From: a virus
Lineage: Duplodnaviria > Heunggongvirae > Uroviricota > Caudoviricetes
Strand: one strand, 5' to 3'
Virus record (IMG/VR): IMGVR_UViG_2675903352_000013
Span: 1 to 25,016 of that record
Length of the DNA: 25,016 nucleotides
The notes below the pieces were generated by a model. That model ran no database searches, was not told the DNA's origin, and saw only the letters and a program-made list of their open reading frames with translations. Each line of letters begins with the position of its first letter. The first letter of the stretch is position 1. A program made the position numbers and the translations under genes. Shown piece by piece: positions 1 through 7,804 of this stretch.

Positions 1-285
1 TCACTTAAATAAGTGATACTGGTTGTCTGGAGATTCAGGGGGCCAGTCTATAATAGCAGTGCGGTTAACTTCCCTCACACTCACCAGAAGTGATTCCAGA
101 CGCGTAACGGTGAAACTCCCCGGCCCAAGATTATCCAGGGCCACCAGCAAACGAGCTGTAAGCTCTGCGTCGCTGTCGTTCAGCGTTTTCACCATTCTGG
201 CCGCTACACCTGTGCTATAGCGAGATATCCAGATAGCATGGGCAATCGATTCATCACGCAGCCGTTCATTCACTGTTTGCATCAT
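1..285 (-). CDS. Phage head protein, N-terminal fragment (possibly head morphogenesis/minor capsid); gene continues beyond the window start
   Basis: ATG ATG at 285..280 on the minus strand, overlapping the portal stop (266..268); position immediately downstream of portal in the packaging operon. Family assignment is by synteny only. Confidence 0.35.
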   Translation of the reverse strand: MMQTVNERLRDESIAHAIWISRYSTGVAARMVKTLNDSDAELTARLLVALDNLGPGSFTVTRLESLLVSVREVNRTAIIDWPPESPDNQYHLFK

Positions 286-1672
286 TGATTCCCATCAGCG
301 TTACGCCCTGATTTTTTAATTCATCGATCACTTCCTCTGGACGGGAATCCTGATCGATAAATTTCAACGCCTGCAACACCCGAACCGCATCAATCTGACG
401 TATATCACCACCCTGACGCAATGACTGAACAGCCAGCGCGGAGGATGAGTCAAACACCTGGGCAGATACATCCAGCTCAGTGCGCACATCCACATTGCCG
501 CCACAACTCTCTCCGATCCATTCCGCCATTATCTGGAGAATATTATCGAGGGCATCTTCGAGGGAGTTCGCCATTGTATAAAGCGGCGAGTTTTCCTGCA
601 TCCGTTCTTCATTGGTCTGATCCACAGATTTAGTGGATGTATTTTCAGCCCGAAGAAGTTTAGCGCCGGCATGACGCATCTGATTTTCCAGTTTCTCCAG
701 AGATATTTCGCCAGACTCTATCGCGGCACCGCTATGCTCAACATATTCAAGGCCATTTTTTGCCCTGTCATCAAAAATCGTCGCGGTCGATGCTCCTACC
801 GTCAGTTCTTCGTTCCTGTCCAGTCCGTAAGCCACCAGCAATGGAACCCGAGCAACATGCAGAATATTGTCCTGCTCGCTCTGGCTTTGCCAGTGCTTGA
901 TATTCAGCAAGCCAAGATTAAGCAATGGCGGTGTACCGCGCATAAACCCGATTTTCTTCGTGTAAAGCGTTACCAAGGGAATATCATCACGGCTGGTTTC
1001 CCATGACTCGTGAAGCGTCCAGACAGATTCACCATTAGTACCTTCGCTGCGTCGATAAATTTCAACGCGACGGGACATGATATGGCGGATCTGCTCCACC
1101 TTCTTCTGCCCGAAATCATCACCATCGATAATGATGACTTCTTTTATACGCAAATCTGTGAGAACAACTTTTCCTTTTTCAACTTTCGATTTCCACCCAA
1201 TAACCTGACGGGGATTCAGCATCGTAACGTATGGGCGACTACCAACCGCATTTTCATCAGCTTTTGTCCGAATCCCTTTCATATCTGTTCGAGGATAATC
1301 CACCAGCGCATGCGCCACGCCATACTGAAGCGCTAGACAGAAAAATTGCTGCGCCCATACATCCAGTCGACTCCCCTCCATGTCGATATTTTCTGCATAT
1401 TCCCTGATTTTTTCCGGCGTCTCTTCACTCAGCACTGTCGGCTCTGCAAATATGCGCCCAATATTTTGCTTAATACTTTCTTCATACACAGGAAGTAGCG
1501 TAGCCACAGACAAGCGTTTTTTATATGTATCTTCATCTTCATTAGGCCATTTAGGGAGATAATTTTTCCCCTGCCTGCGCATTTCAAGCGTGCCACCCAT
1601 CAGTGCGTCGTTAATATCCCACGCCTCCAGCATATCGTTATAGTCGAGGTTGGGTGTTGATATATCAGCCAT
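266..1672 (-). CDS. Phage portal protein
   Basis: 468-aa ORF with ATG at 1672..1670, starting 2 nt after the TerL stop (TAA 1677..1675). Size and position directly downstream of TerL are typical of portal proteins; no specific motif recognised. Confidence 0.6.
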   Translation of the reverse strand: MADISTPNLDYNDMLEAWDINDALMGGTLEMRRQGKNYLPKWPNEDEDTYKKRLSVATLLPVYEESIKQNIGRIFAEPTVLSEETPEKIREYAENIDMEGSRLDVWAQQFFCLALQYGVAHALVDYPRTDMKGIRTKADENAVGSRPYVTMLNPRQVIGWKSKVEKGKVVLTDLRIKEVIIIDGDDFGQKKVEQIRHIMSRRVEIYRRSEGTNGESVWTLHESWETSRDDIPLVTLYTKKIGFMRGTPPLLNLGLLNIKHWQSQSEQDNILHVARVPLLVAYGLDRNEELTVGASTATIFDDRAKNGLEYVEHSGAAIESGEISLEKLENQMRHAGAKLLRAENTSTKSVDQTNEERMQENSPLYTMANSLEDALDNILQIMAEWIGESCGGNVDVRTELDVSAQVFDSSSALAVQSLRQGGDIRQIDAVRVLQALKFIDQDSRPEEVIDELKNQGVTLMGINDANSE

Positions 1673-1674
1673 AA

Positions 1675-3993
1675 TTAAATCCGAAGTGATGTAACTCTTC
1701 CGGTCGGTTTGACAATAGGGAATTGCTTAACAATAAAATAACCTCCGGCATCATTCGGGTGATCGTTGCCAGATTTTTTATCAGGCTCACCCTTATCATC
1801 CCAGACCTGTTGCTCCAGAGATTCGGCATATACCGGACAACGCTTCACATTAACTTTATAGCGACGCTCACCATTGGCATTGCAGAACATTGCATTCATT
1901 GAGTTAACGCGATCTTTTACTGGCGGATTCGAACTGTTTACAACAACGTTAAAACCAGCCTGTTTAAGCTGAGCAATATCCGTCGCACTTGCGTTATTTG
2001 ATTTTCTGGAATCCCCGGATGCATCAGGATAAATATAAATTTCCCTTACTTTCCGATAATCATTCCCGTCATATAACCAGAAGCGCTCTTTAATAATACG
2101 GATCATATCTGGTGTATCGTAAGCGTTAATGATTTCAGTTACTGCGCATGGAAGCCCAAAACGTAACACATGAACGACTCCAGCCATTTTTCCGACGTTA
2201 AAATCCATCCCGATATATATCGGCTCACCTGGCTGTTCCTCTTCTTCGCAATTATTCAGTTTTCGGTCAAACTGATGGTAAACAGTACCACTTGTCAGGT
2301 TAGTAAACTGTCCTCGAAGATAGGCTTTAATCAGCTCTGGAGGATATGACTCAAGGAGCGAGGGAATGTAATCTGCTGGCAAATTCTTTTCATTATCGAA
2401 AGTAGATGCCTGCACCAGACCATACAGTGAGGCCAGCTCTGTTTTTTCACGTACGGCTTTAACAAACTGCTCGTAGACAAATTTGAATCCTTCCGGCGTG
2501 GTTGTAACGTCAATACCGTTACGAAGTCCATCAACCTTATAACGCATACGCGCAATTATCTTGCGCCACGCTGTTCTGGCTTTTTCCTTCGGCAAAATGT
2601 CCAGTTCATCCACCAGCGCATTACCAATTTTGAAACCGACGATCGTTTGCGGCTTCTCCATCGTTCTGCAGATAGTGGTTCCACGATACTGACGTCCGTA
2701 ATAAAAATGAACTTCTTTATTTCCCTCGTTAATTTTTACATTTAGCCCCCAGTCGGCAGCAACTTCTTCAACTGTAGGATAAAAAATATCGCGAATTTGT
2801 GGATATGTAGGCGCAAAATATCCCTGATTTATACCCGGATGCTCCCAAATCCCCTTACATATGCCACCACATCCAACCCATGTTTTACCGCTATTGTGAT
2901 GAATCGTCCCATCAGCAGTTACGTAGCAGTTATTATCCAATACCTGGAGGTCATAATATGGCTCGGCCTTCTGCAACAGTGTTACACTCAATATGTTGCA
3001 GGTTTCGATTAAGGAGTTTGGTTTTGACGCCTCTTGACCGTTTAATTTGTGATTTAGCACATCCAGAACGTACCGTTTCAGAAGTTGCTTCTCTGGCAGG
3101 TTGTGACCGCAGTCATGTTTATCGTTGCATATCTCGTTATGGGTTAACGCTGAAACAACACCAGAAGCCTGTCCCTCGAGAAAGTGCGAAGGACAGAATC
3201 CTCGCTCTTGCTGATGGTCACCGTACGTCGGCAGAGATCGCGGCGGAAGTTGGTTGCACAGAAAAGCACGTTCAAAATATTCTCCGAATTCACAACGCCA
3301 ACCGGCTACCCTGTGGCGCCAGAAAGGGTGAGTTGAACCCCAGCTTTCGTGGTGGTCGAATTGTTGATCTGGATGGATATGCCGTTGTTCCAGCGCCTGC
3401 TGACCATCCATATATGCGCAGAACAGGCATGATGTTTGAACATCGTTTGATCGCTGAAAAGAAGCTGGGGCGTTATCTGCTGCCATCAGAAGTTGTTGAC
3501 CATATAGACGGGCTTCATCTGCATAACACCCCAAGTAATCTGCGAGTTTTTGATTCAAACGTGGATCACCTGCGTGCAACGATTTCGGGACGGCGGCCAA
3601 ACTGGTCAGAAGAAGGTTTTGCGAAGATGCAAATACCTTCACCGATTCGTCCAGACTATCCACAGATCGATAGCTACCGTCAGCGCAAAAAACGCGGTGA
3701 TGTCCGCTTGCTACAAATTCTCCTCGCTGCGTCACTACTCGGTATAGATTCGACACACCTTTTGGGTACGCACCACCACTTAGCGAAAGCTCAAATCGAT
3801 TATTCTCATCCGACCAAGATAAAACGCGCATTGGTCGAGTTATTTCCTGAATGGGTAGAATCCCATTCTCTGTAACCACAGGCGTACTTCCCCTCAGGCA
3901 ACCAAAACCAGCAACATAGGCTTTAAATTTATGAGGCATAGAAAGAAATCGCGCCTGAGGCACATTAAGCGTCGGAGAGATCATCTTCATCAC
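1675..3993 (-). CDS. Terminase large subunit (TerL) carrying an in-frame intein within the Walker A P-loop
   Basis: Continuous 772-aa ORF. N-extein ends KAYVAGFG and C-extein begins SGKTWVGCGG, so removing residues 32..367 restores a canonical P-loop AGFGSGKT. Downstream motifs: Walker B-like NALVDELD, and nuclease-domain acidic motifs IYIGMDFNVGK and YPDASGDS. Start overlaps the putative terS 3' end by 29 nt. Confidence 0.8.
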   Translation of the reverse strand: MMKMISPTLNVPQARFLSMPHKFKAYVAGFGCLRGSTPVVTENGILPIQEITRPMRVLSWSDENNRFELSLSGGAYPKGVSNLYRVVTQRGEFVASGHHRVFCADGSYRSVDSLDESVKVFASSQNLLLTSLAAVPKSLHAGDPRLNQKLADYLGCYADEARLYGQQLLMAADNAPASFQRSNDVQTSCLFCAYMDGQQALEQRHIHPDQQFDHHESWGSTHPFWRHRVAGWRCEFGEYFERAFLCNQLPPRSLPTYGDHQQERGFCPSHFLEGQASGVVSALTHNEICNDKHDCGHNLPEKQLLKRYVLDVLNHKLNGQEASKPNSLIETCNILSVTLLQKAEPYYDLQVLDNNCYVTADGTIHHNSGKTWVGCGGICKGIWEHPGINQGYFAPTYPQIRDIFYPTVEEVAADWGLNVKINEGNKEVHFYYGRQYRGTTICRTMEKPQTIVGFKIGNALVDELDILPKEKARTAWRKIIARMRYKVDGLRNGIDVTTTPEGFKFVYEQFVKAVREKTELASLYGLVQASTFDNEKNLPADYIPSLLESYPPELIKAYLRGQFTNLTSGTVYHQFDRKLNNCEEEEQPGEPIYIGMDFNVGKMAGVVHVLRFGLPCAVTEIINAYDTPDMIRIIKERFWLYDGNDYRKVREIYIYPDASGDSRKSNNASATDIAQLKQAGFNVVVNSSNPPVKDRVNSMNAMFCNANGERRYKVNVKRCPVYAESLEQQVWDDKGEPDKKSGNDHPNDAGGYFIVKQFPIVKPTGRVTSLRI
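2893..3900 (-). other. Intein (Hint domain) inserted in the TerL P-loop, about 336 aa
   Basis: Read directly from the minus-strand translation: block A-like CLRGSTPVVTENGILPIQEI starting with Cys (codon 3900..3898); block B-like GEFVASGHHRVF; block F/G-like YYDLQVLDNNCYVTADGTIHHN followed by +1 Ser (codon 2892..2890). No LAGLIDADG or HNH motif in this frame between the blocks. Confidence 0.7.
2958..3875 (+). CDS. HNH endonuclease (HNH_3-like motif) with two N-terminal HTH-like segments, encoded antisense within the TerL intein
   Basis: Plus-strand ORF (track 2880..3875). ATG at 2958 is preceded by GGAGG at 2946..2950 with a 7-nt spacer. Motif DGYAVVPAPADHPYMRRTGMMFEHRLIAEKKLGRYLLPSEVVDHIDGLHLHNTPSNLRVFDSNVDHL matches the classic phage HNH homing-endonuclease pattern. 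Two HTH-like repeats upstream (RTVSEVASLAGCDRSHVYRCISRYGL and RTSAEIAAEVGCTEKHVQNILRIHNA). The C-terminal ~100 aa may be non-functional read-through constrained by the opposite-strand frame. Confidence 0.6.
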   Translation: MARPSATVLHSICCRFRLRSLVLTPLDRLICDLAHPERTVSEVASLAGCDRSHVYRCISRYGLTLKQHQKPVPRESAKDRILALADGHRTSAEIAAEVGCTEKHVQNILRIHNANRLPCGARKGELNPSFRGGRIVDLDGYAVVPAPADHPYMRRTGMMFEHRLIAEKKLGRYLLPSEVVDHIDGLHLHNTPSNLRVFDSNVDHLRATISGRRPNWSEEGFAKMQIPSPIRPDYPQIDSYRQRKKRGDVRLLQILLAASLLGIDSTHLLGTHHHLAKAQIDYSHPTKIKRALVELFPEWVESHSL

Positions 3994-5059
3994 TCCTCAC
4001 TCTGGCATCAACCACATTAATATTGATCGCCACAGGCTGGGGATGTTCATTACCCTCCACCGTTTCGATCTCTTTGCGCAGTTTCTGGTTTTCCATTCTG
4101 CGCCGTTCAATTTCCAGTTCCTGCAGTCGCTTATCTGCACATAATGCCCCGCCAGCGGAAAGCAAACGCAATAATTCACGCCGGGCGGCAGCTTTATTCT
4201 CCAGCAGGATCTCAACGCCGAATTTTCCGAGCTTTGCTCCTGCATACAATTGCCGCGCATTTCCATCAAGCAAAGTGGTATCAGCCATATAAAGCTGACC
4301 TGTACCTTCTCCACCGCATTTCGGACAGTCTGGATTTGGTATGGCGCTATCAACGAAACCGAGGCCACCATATTCAGGTTCTGGTTTACCATCTTTGGAT
4401 GCCTGCGCGGCAGCCCTGTCAAATTCTGCTATATCGCGCCACTGATAGAGGTGATTCTCCCCCCAGCAATAGCGACAGTTAACACGGCGAAATTGCGCAA
4501 GCTGATTGGGATCAGCCTGCACGATGGCCATCAACTGACTCACCAGTAAATCCAGGTCTGCGGTATAGCGTTTCTGGTAATGATTGCGAAAGTAGCTGAT
4601 GGCACGAAAAACCCTGGCATTTCTAAGCATACGACTGGCATTGCTGTTTGCTGTCGCACCTTGCCCCTCGTAACCAGCCAGGCGGTATGCCTCTGTCGGC
4701 TTTTTCCCCTGAGCAACCAACATGGCGAATTTTGCCTGCTGGTCAGAAATACCGAATTCATCGGGGCAAAACGAAATTTCTTCCGTGTCCCCCTCAATCA
4801 GGAGTGCATCGGATACAGCCTTTTTTTTCTGAGATTTTCCGTTTTGCTTTTGCGCAGTCTGCGCAGTTTTTTTTCGCGCACTTTTTTGCGCAGTTTTGCG
4901 CACTTCTGTCTGCGCATTTTTCGGAGGTTTCTTGATGTAACGACGGGCTGTTGCGTAATTCAGTCCCTTTGCTTCACACCACGCCACCGGAGATACACCG
5001 GAGCGGGTGTATTCAGCAATATATTCCTGCTGCAACGCCCCCCAGTCCGGTCTGCTCAT
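3965..5059 (-). CDS. Putative terminase small subunit / DNA-packaging DNA-binding protein
   Basis: 364-aa ORF with ATG at 5059..5057, immediately upstream of and overlapping TerL. N-terminal HTH-like segment (VSPVAWCEAKGLNYATARRYI), Lys/Gln-rich low-complexity linker, CxxC...CxxC pair, C-terminal coiled-coil-like tail. Assignment rests on synteny and architecture. Confidence 0.45.
   Translation of the reverse strand: MSRPDWGALQQEYIAEYTRSGVSPVAWCEAKGLNYATARRYIKKPPKNAQTEVRKTAQKSARKKTAQTAQKQNGKSQKKKAVSDALLIEGDTEEISFCPDEFGISDQQAKFAMLVAQGKKPTEAYRLAGYEGQGATANSNASRMLRNARVFRAISYFRNHYQKRYTADLDLLVSQLMAIVQADPNQLAQFRRVNCRYCWGENHLYQWRDIAEFDRAAAQASKDGKPEPEYGGLGFVDSAIPNPDCPKCGGEGTGQLYMADTTLLDGNARQLYAGAKLGKFGVEILLENKAAARRELLRLLSAGGALCADKRLQELEIERRRMENQKLRKEIETVEGNEHPQPVAININVVDARVRSDEDDLSDA
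4842..4925. repeat. Array of six (T)GCGCA(G/C)-T-rich direct repeats at roughly helical spacing inside the putative terS gene
   Basis: Sequence ttttgcgcagtctgcgcagttttttttcgcgcacttttttgcgcagttttgcgcacttctgtctgcgcattttt; GCGCA cores near 4852, 4861, 4877, 4888, 4898 and 4911. The corresponding protein segment is a low-complexity K/T/A/Q stretch. Confidence 0.6.
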
Positions 5060-5062
5060 CAG

Positions 5063-5314
5063 TTAGTCCTGATTTTTATCCACCCTGAGTAATGCACGCA
5101 GAGCAAAGGCATCCCCTTTTCTGGCAAGCTTAAACAATGCCGCCCGTAGCTCGGCTTCACCTTTCGCTCTGCCCTTACGGATGGACGCATAAAAATTTGT
5201 CATTGTTTCCCGATTTTCTTTCAGTCTGTTCAGATCAACATCCAGAACGTCAGCGATTTGTTGTGCAGTCATCCGGCATGCTGCCAGAGACTCGACTTTC
5301 GAATACGGAATCAT
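5063..5314 (-). CDS. Small HTH-containing protein directly upstream of terS
   Basis: 83-aa ORF, ATG at 5314..5312 preceded by a GGGGGTGA Shine-Dalgarno-like sequence; stop TAA is 3 nt before the terS ATG. HTH-like segment MTAQQIADVLDVDLNRL. Confidence 0.45.
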   Translation of the reverse strand: MIPYSKVESLAACRMTAQQIADVLDVDLNRLKENRETMTNFYASIRKGRAKGEAELRAALFKLARKGDAFALRALLRVDKNQD

Positions 5315-6200
5315 TTATCACCCCCATTGATATGCAGGGTGTCTTCTTCCTGTATTTTTCGTGAAGGATTTTTACTGCAGCGTTGTTCCAGGTGACCTGA
5401 TGGTGAATGCGTTTATGGCTGGCGCCCATCAGTGAGATTTTTACGCACGACGGCGCATACATGACGGAGTAAAAACTTTTAACGTAGGTACCGGAATCCA
5501 GATACAGTTCGGTCATTCCGCCGCTGTTTTTCTGCGTTTGCTTCTGCCCTAACTGGACAGCGCCAATCGTCAAAAACAATTCACCACGACGACCGAGATT
5601 CGTGTATGTATTCACATCCTCGTTAATACGCCCCATAAATGAGAATGGTCGGTCAACAGAACAAATAAAGCTGTTCATTGCTTTGCGTTTCACCCATGCA
5701 GCATGACCACCATTATCACCAAGAAAGTCTCCCCCCTGCGCCATAGCGATGGAAAGCGCAGGAATTGATTCGTAATACGCCAGCATTTCAGAAAGGATCG
5801 CGTCCAGTTTCCTTATCGGAAAATAAGCCTGGTCATAGTTGCGATCTACCCGAAACTGAAACTCGTGATAGTCGTCATCAAGCTGGATGTAGTATTTACA
5901 CCCAACCTTTTTTGCCAGGCCCAAACAGGCATTCCTGGCATAAAAGATTGAACGTCGATCGCCAAAGTTGTCGGCTTCGTCAAAACGACTGGCGATATCG
6001 GCTTTGGAAAACACCAGCACCTGCTCACCAAATTCTGCTACGTACTGATGCCGGGTTTTATCTTCATCATCAACAACGATAAAAATTTTCCCGGTATAGC
6101 CAGCACGACGCAACGTCCGGTAAGTCAGAACTTTGTCCGGTCGCCCGTGAGTCAGAATAAAGGCGCAAAAATCATCACGCATATTACTCCTCCTCGCCAT
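5250..6200 (-). CDS. Hypothetical protein with GT-A-like glycosyltransferase signatures
   Basis: 316-aa ORF, ATG at 6200..6198 with SD GGTGGAG; overlaps the ParB-like gene by 17 nt. N-terminal pattern FILTHGRPDKVL...GKIFIVVDDED and a DxD-like motif YIQLDDDYHEF resemble the GT-A fold. The fold call is tentative. Confidence 0.5.
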   Translation of the reverse strand: MARRSNMRDDFCAFILTHGRPDKVLTYRTLRRAGYTGKIFIVVDDEDKTRHQYVAEFGEQVLVFSKADIASRFDEADNFGDRRSIFYARNACLGLAKKVGCKYYIQLDDDYHEFQFRVDRNYDQAYFPIRKLDAILSEMLAYYESIPALSIAMAQGGDFLGDNGGHAAWVKRKAMNSFICSVDRPFSFMGRINEDVNTYTNLGRRGELFLTIGAVQLGQKQTQKNSGGMTELYLDSGTYVKSFYSVMYAPSCVKISLMGASHKRIHHQVTWNNAAVKILHEKYRKKTPCISMGVINDSVFESRVSGSMPDDCTTNR

Positions 6201-6963
6201 GCATGATCTCCACCATGCGCTGCGTCATCCTGACAAACCCATTTTCAATTGCCTGCTGATAATCAATGATCACCAGAGCCGATTCCTCAAAAAGGCTCTG
6301 AATTTCAGCGGGGGCGTGAGCGTAATAGTCCGCGATTCTGCTGAAATTAAACACCGTGTGACGTTCTGCCGCGCACAGAAGGAATTTCTCAATATCAGGA
6401 TCAAGGGACACCGAACGTGTCCGGCTGATCAGCTCCTGAGTTTTCGTATCGTCGTACAGTTCACAGATATCCGGTTTATCGCCTGACGGCTCATAAACAG
6501 GCGTATCAATTTTCGTCGTATACGGCTCCTCCTCATTTCCTGTACCAGGCAAAATATCCGTCAACAGTTCATCAATTTCTGTCGGGCTGAAGCCTGTCAG
6601 GGAGACATCAAAATCAGCATTAATTAGGTCCGACAGCTCCATCCGTAACAGATCTTCATCCCAGCCAGCATTCATCGGCAGGCGATTATCTGCCAGACGG
6701 TACGCCTTTTTCTGATCATCCGTCAGACCAGACAGAACGATGACCGGAACGAAATCCATTTTGAGCACTTCAGCCGCCATAACGCGACCGTGACCCGCAA
6801 TAACTTCGCCCTTTTCATCAATCAGCACCGGATTAGTCCAGCCAAATTGCTTAATGCTTTCTACCAGTTGCGTCACCTGCTCAGGGCTGTGTGTCCTGGC
6901 ATTGTGTGCATACAGAGACAGCTCTTGTAACGGGCGATAGACGATCTTCAATTTCTCGCTCAT
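6184..6963 (-). CDS. ParB-like nuclease domain protein
   Basis: 259-aa ORF, ATG at 6963..6961 with SD GAGG. N-terminal ParB/Srx-like domain (YRPLQELSLYAHNARTH, LVESIKQFGWTNPVLID, IAGHGRVMAAEVL, KKAYRLADNRL); acidic C-terminal half. Confidence 0.7.
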   Translation of the reverse strand: MSEKLKIVYRPLQELSLYAHNARTHSPEQVTQLVESIKQFGWTNPVLIDEKGEVIAGHGRVMAAEVLKMDFVPVIVLSGLTDDQKKAYRLADNRLPMNAGWDEDLLRMELSDLINADFDVSLTGFSPTEIDELLTDILPGTGNEEEPYTTKIDTPVYEPSGDKPDICELYDDTKTQELISRTRSVSLDPDIEKFLLCAAERHTVFNFSRIADYYAHAPAEIQSLFEESALVIIDYQQAIENGFVRMTQRMVEIMHGEEE

Positions 6964-7248
6964 ACAGCCTCGCTTTATTAATAAAAAAGCCCGCTATCGG
7001 CCAGTGCGCAGGGTGCGCGGCGGGTGCAGATAACGAGCTTTGACATTATCGAAGCCCCCTATCAAAGGAGCTTCTGTAATGTCAGTCCAGAACGAACGTA
7101 ACCTTTGTATTTGTCGCTCGCCGTACAAGACGCGCTGCTTCGCGTTGCATTTCATCGATAACTTTTGGCGTCATCGGCTAATGCGCATATTTACATTCAA
7201 TCACTGCAAAAAATCCCGTTCATCGTTTCGCTGTCTGGTGGGATAACT

Positions 7249-7527
7249 TCAACGTTTAATCGTGCCATTGGTTTGTGCTGCCCTGTTTTTCTCAAAAGTC
7301 CTGATATCAGCCTTATCCCTGTTGCACTGTGCTAACGCTGACAACAATGCAACATTCAGGTTAAGGCTTGCCCCCCACGTAAACGGGTCGGGTAAATCTG
7401 GCTGGGGTGTTTCAGCCGTCAGACTGGCTGGTAACGGAACCACCGGCACCGACACGTATACCGTTCGCGTATTCGTGCAACCGCTTAACTGCGCCAGAAG
7501 GAACGATACGAACAGCGCAATCATCAT
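7249..7527 (-). CDS. Rz1-like outer-membrane spanin lipoprotein, starting inside Rz in another frame
   Basis: Internal ATG ATG at 7527..7522; signal peptide with lipobox MMIALFVSFLLAQLSGC followed by a Pro-rich mature region. Starts within Rz and extends past its stop. Confidence 0.5.
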   Translation of the reverse strand: MMIALFVSFLLAQLSGCTNTRTVYVSVPVVPLPASLTAETPQPDLPDPFTWGASLNLNVALLSALAQCNRDKADIRTFEKNRAAQTNGTIKR

Positions 7528-7804
7528 CCGCAACAGCCACTTTGATATCTTTCTGGATTCTCTGTGACTCCAGTGCGATCTGCTGTTTTGCATGCTGGTT
7601 AGCCTCTATAACTGTGTTGATGATTTGCAGTGATTGCAGGACGTTACGGGTAATGGCTGTTGCTGATTCAGCATTTCGTACAGCCTCATCAGCGCGCTCC
7701 TTTTCGTGTTGATATTTGCTGTAGTAATGCCCGGCATACCAGATAAAAGAACCGATGACGGTAACAAAGAAGGCAACAATAACCAGCTTATATCTCAGCT
7801 TCAT
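7412..7804 (-). CDS. Rz-like inner-membrane spanin
   Basis: 130-aa ORF, ATG at 7804..7802, overlapping the endolysin 3' end. N-terminal transmembrane helix (LVIVAFFVTVIGSFIW) followed by a predicted coiled-coil periplasmic domain. Confidence 0.6.
   Translation of the reverse strand: MKLRYKLVIVAFFVTVIGSFIWYAGHYYSKYQHEKERADEAVRNAESATAITRNVLQSLQIINTVIEANQHAKQQIALESQRIQKDIKVAVADDDCAVRIVPSGAVKRLHEYANGIRVGAGGSVTSQSDG

Noticed and set aside
3160-3550. Possible LAGLIDADG-like motif (LADYLGCYADEA) in the minus-strand interior of the intein
   Set aside because: Only one weak motif with no second copy; it is the reverse-complement reading of the HNH core on the plus strand, so coincidental.
4580-5092. 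Plus-strand ORFs of 95 to 170 aa antisense to the putative terS gene (4580..5092, 4648..4935, 4144..4482, 4250..4549)
   Set aside because: They overlap a better-supported minus-strand gene, have low-complexity or odd composition, and lack convincing RBS; most likely antisense artefacts.
6964-7000. Possible minus-strand terminator just upstream of the ParB-like gene (agcgggctttttt)
   Set aside because: Only a 3-bp stem can be drawn; it shares AGCCCGCTATC with the real terminator at 16474..16497 but does not form a comparable hairpin.
7040-7246. 68-aa plus-strand ORF and a 30-aa minus-strand ORF (7082..7174) in the intergenic region between the lysis and packaging operons
   Set aside because: No RBS, no recognisable features; the region more likely holds the packaging-operon promoter. 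A small protein cannot be excluded.
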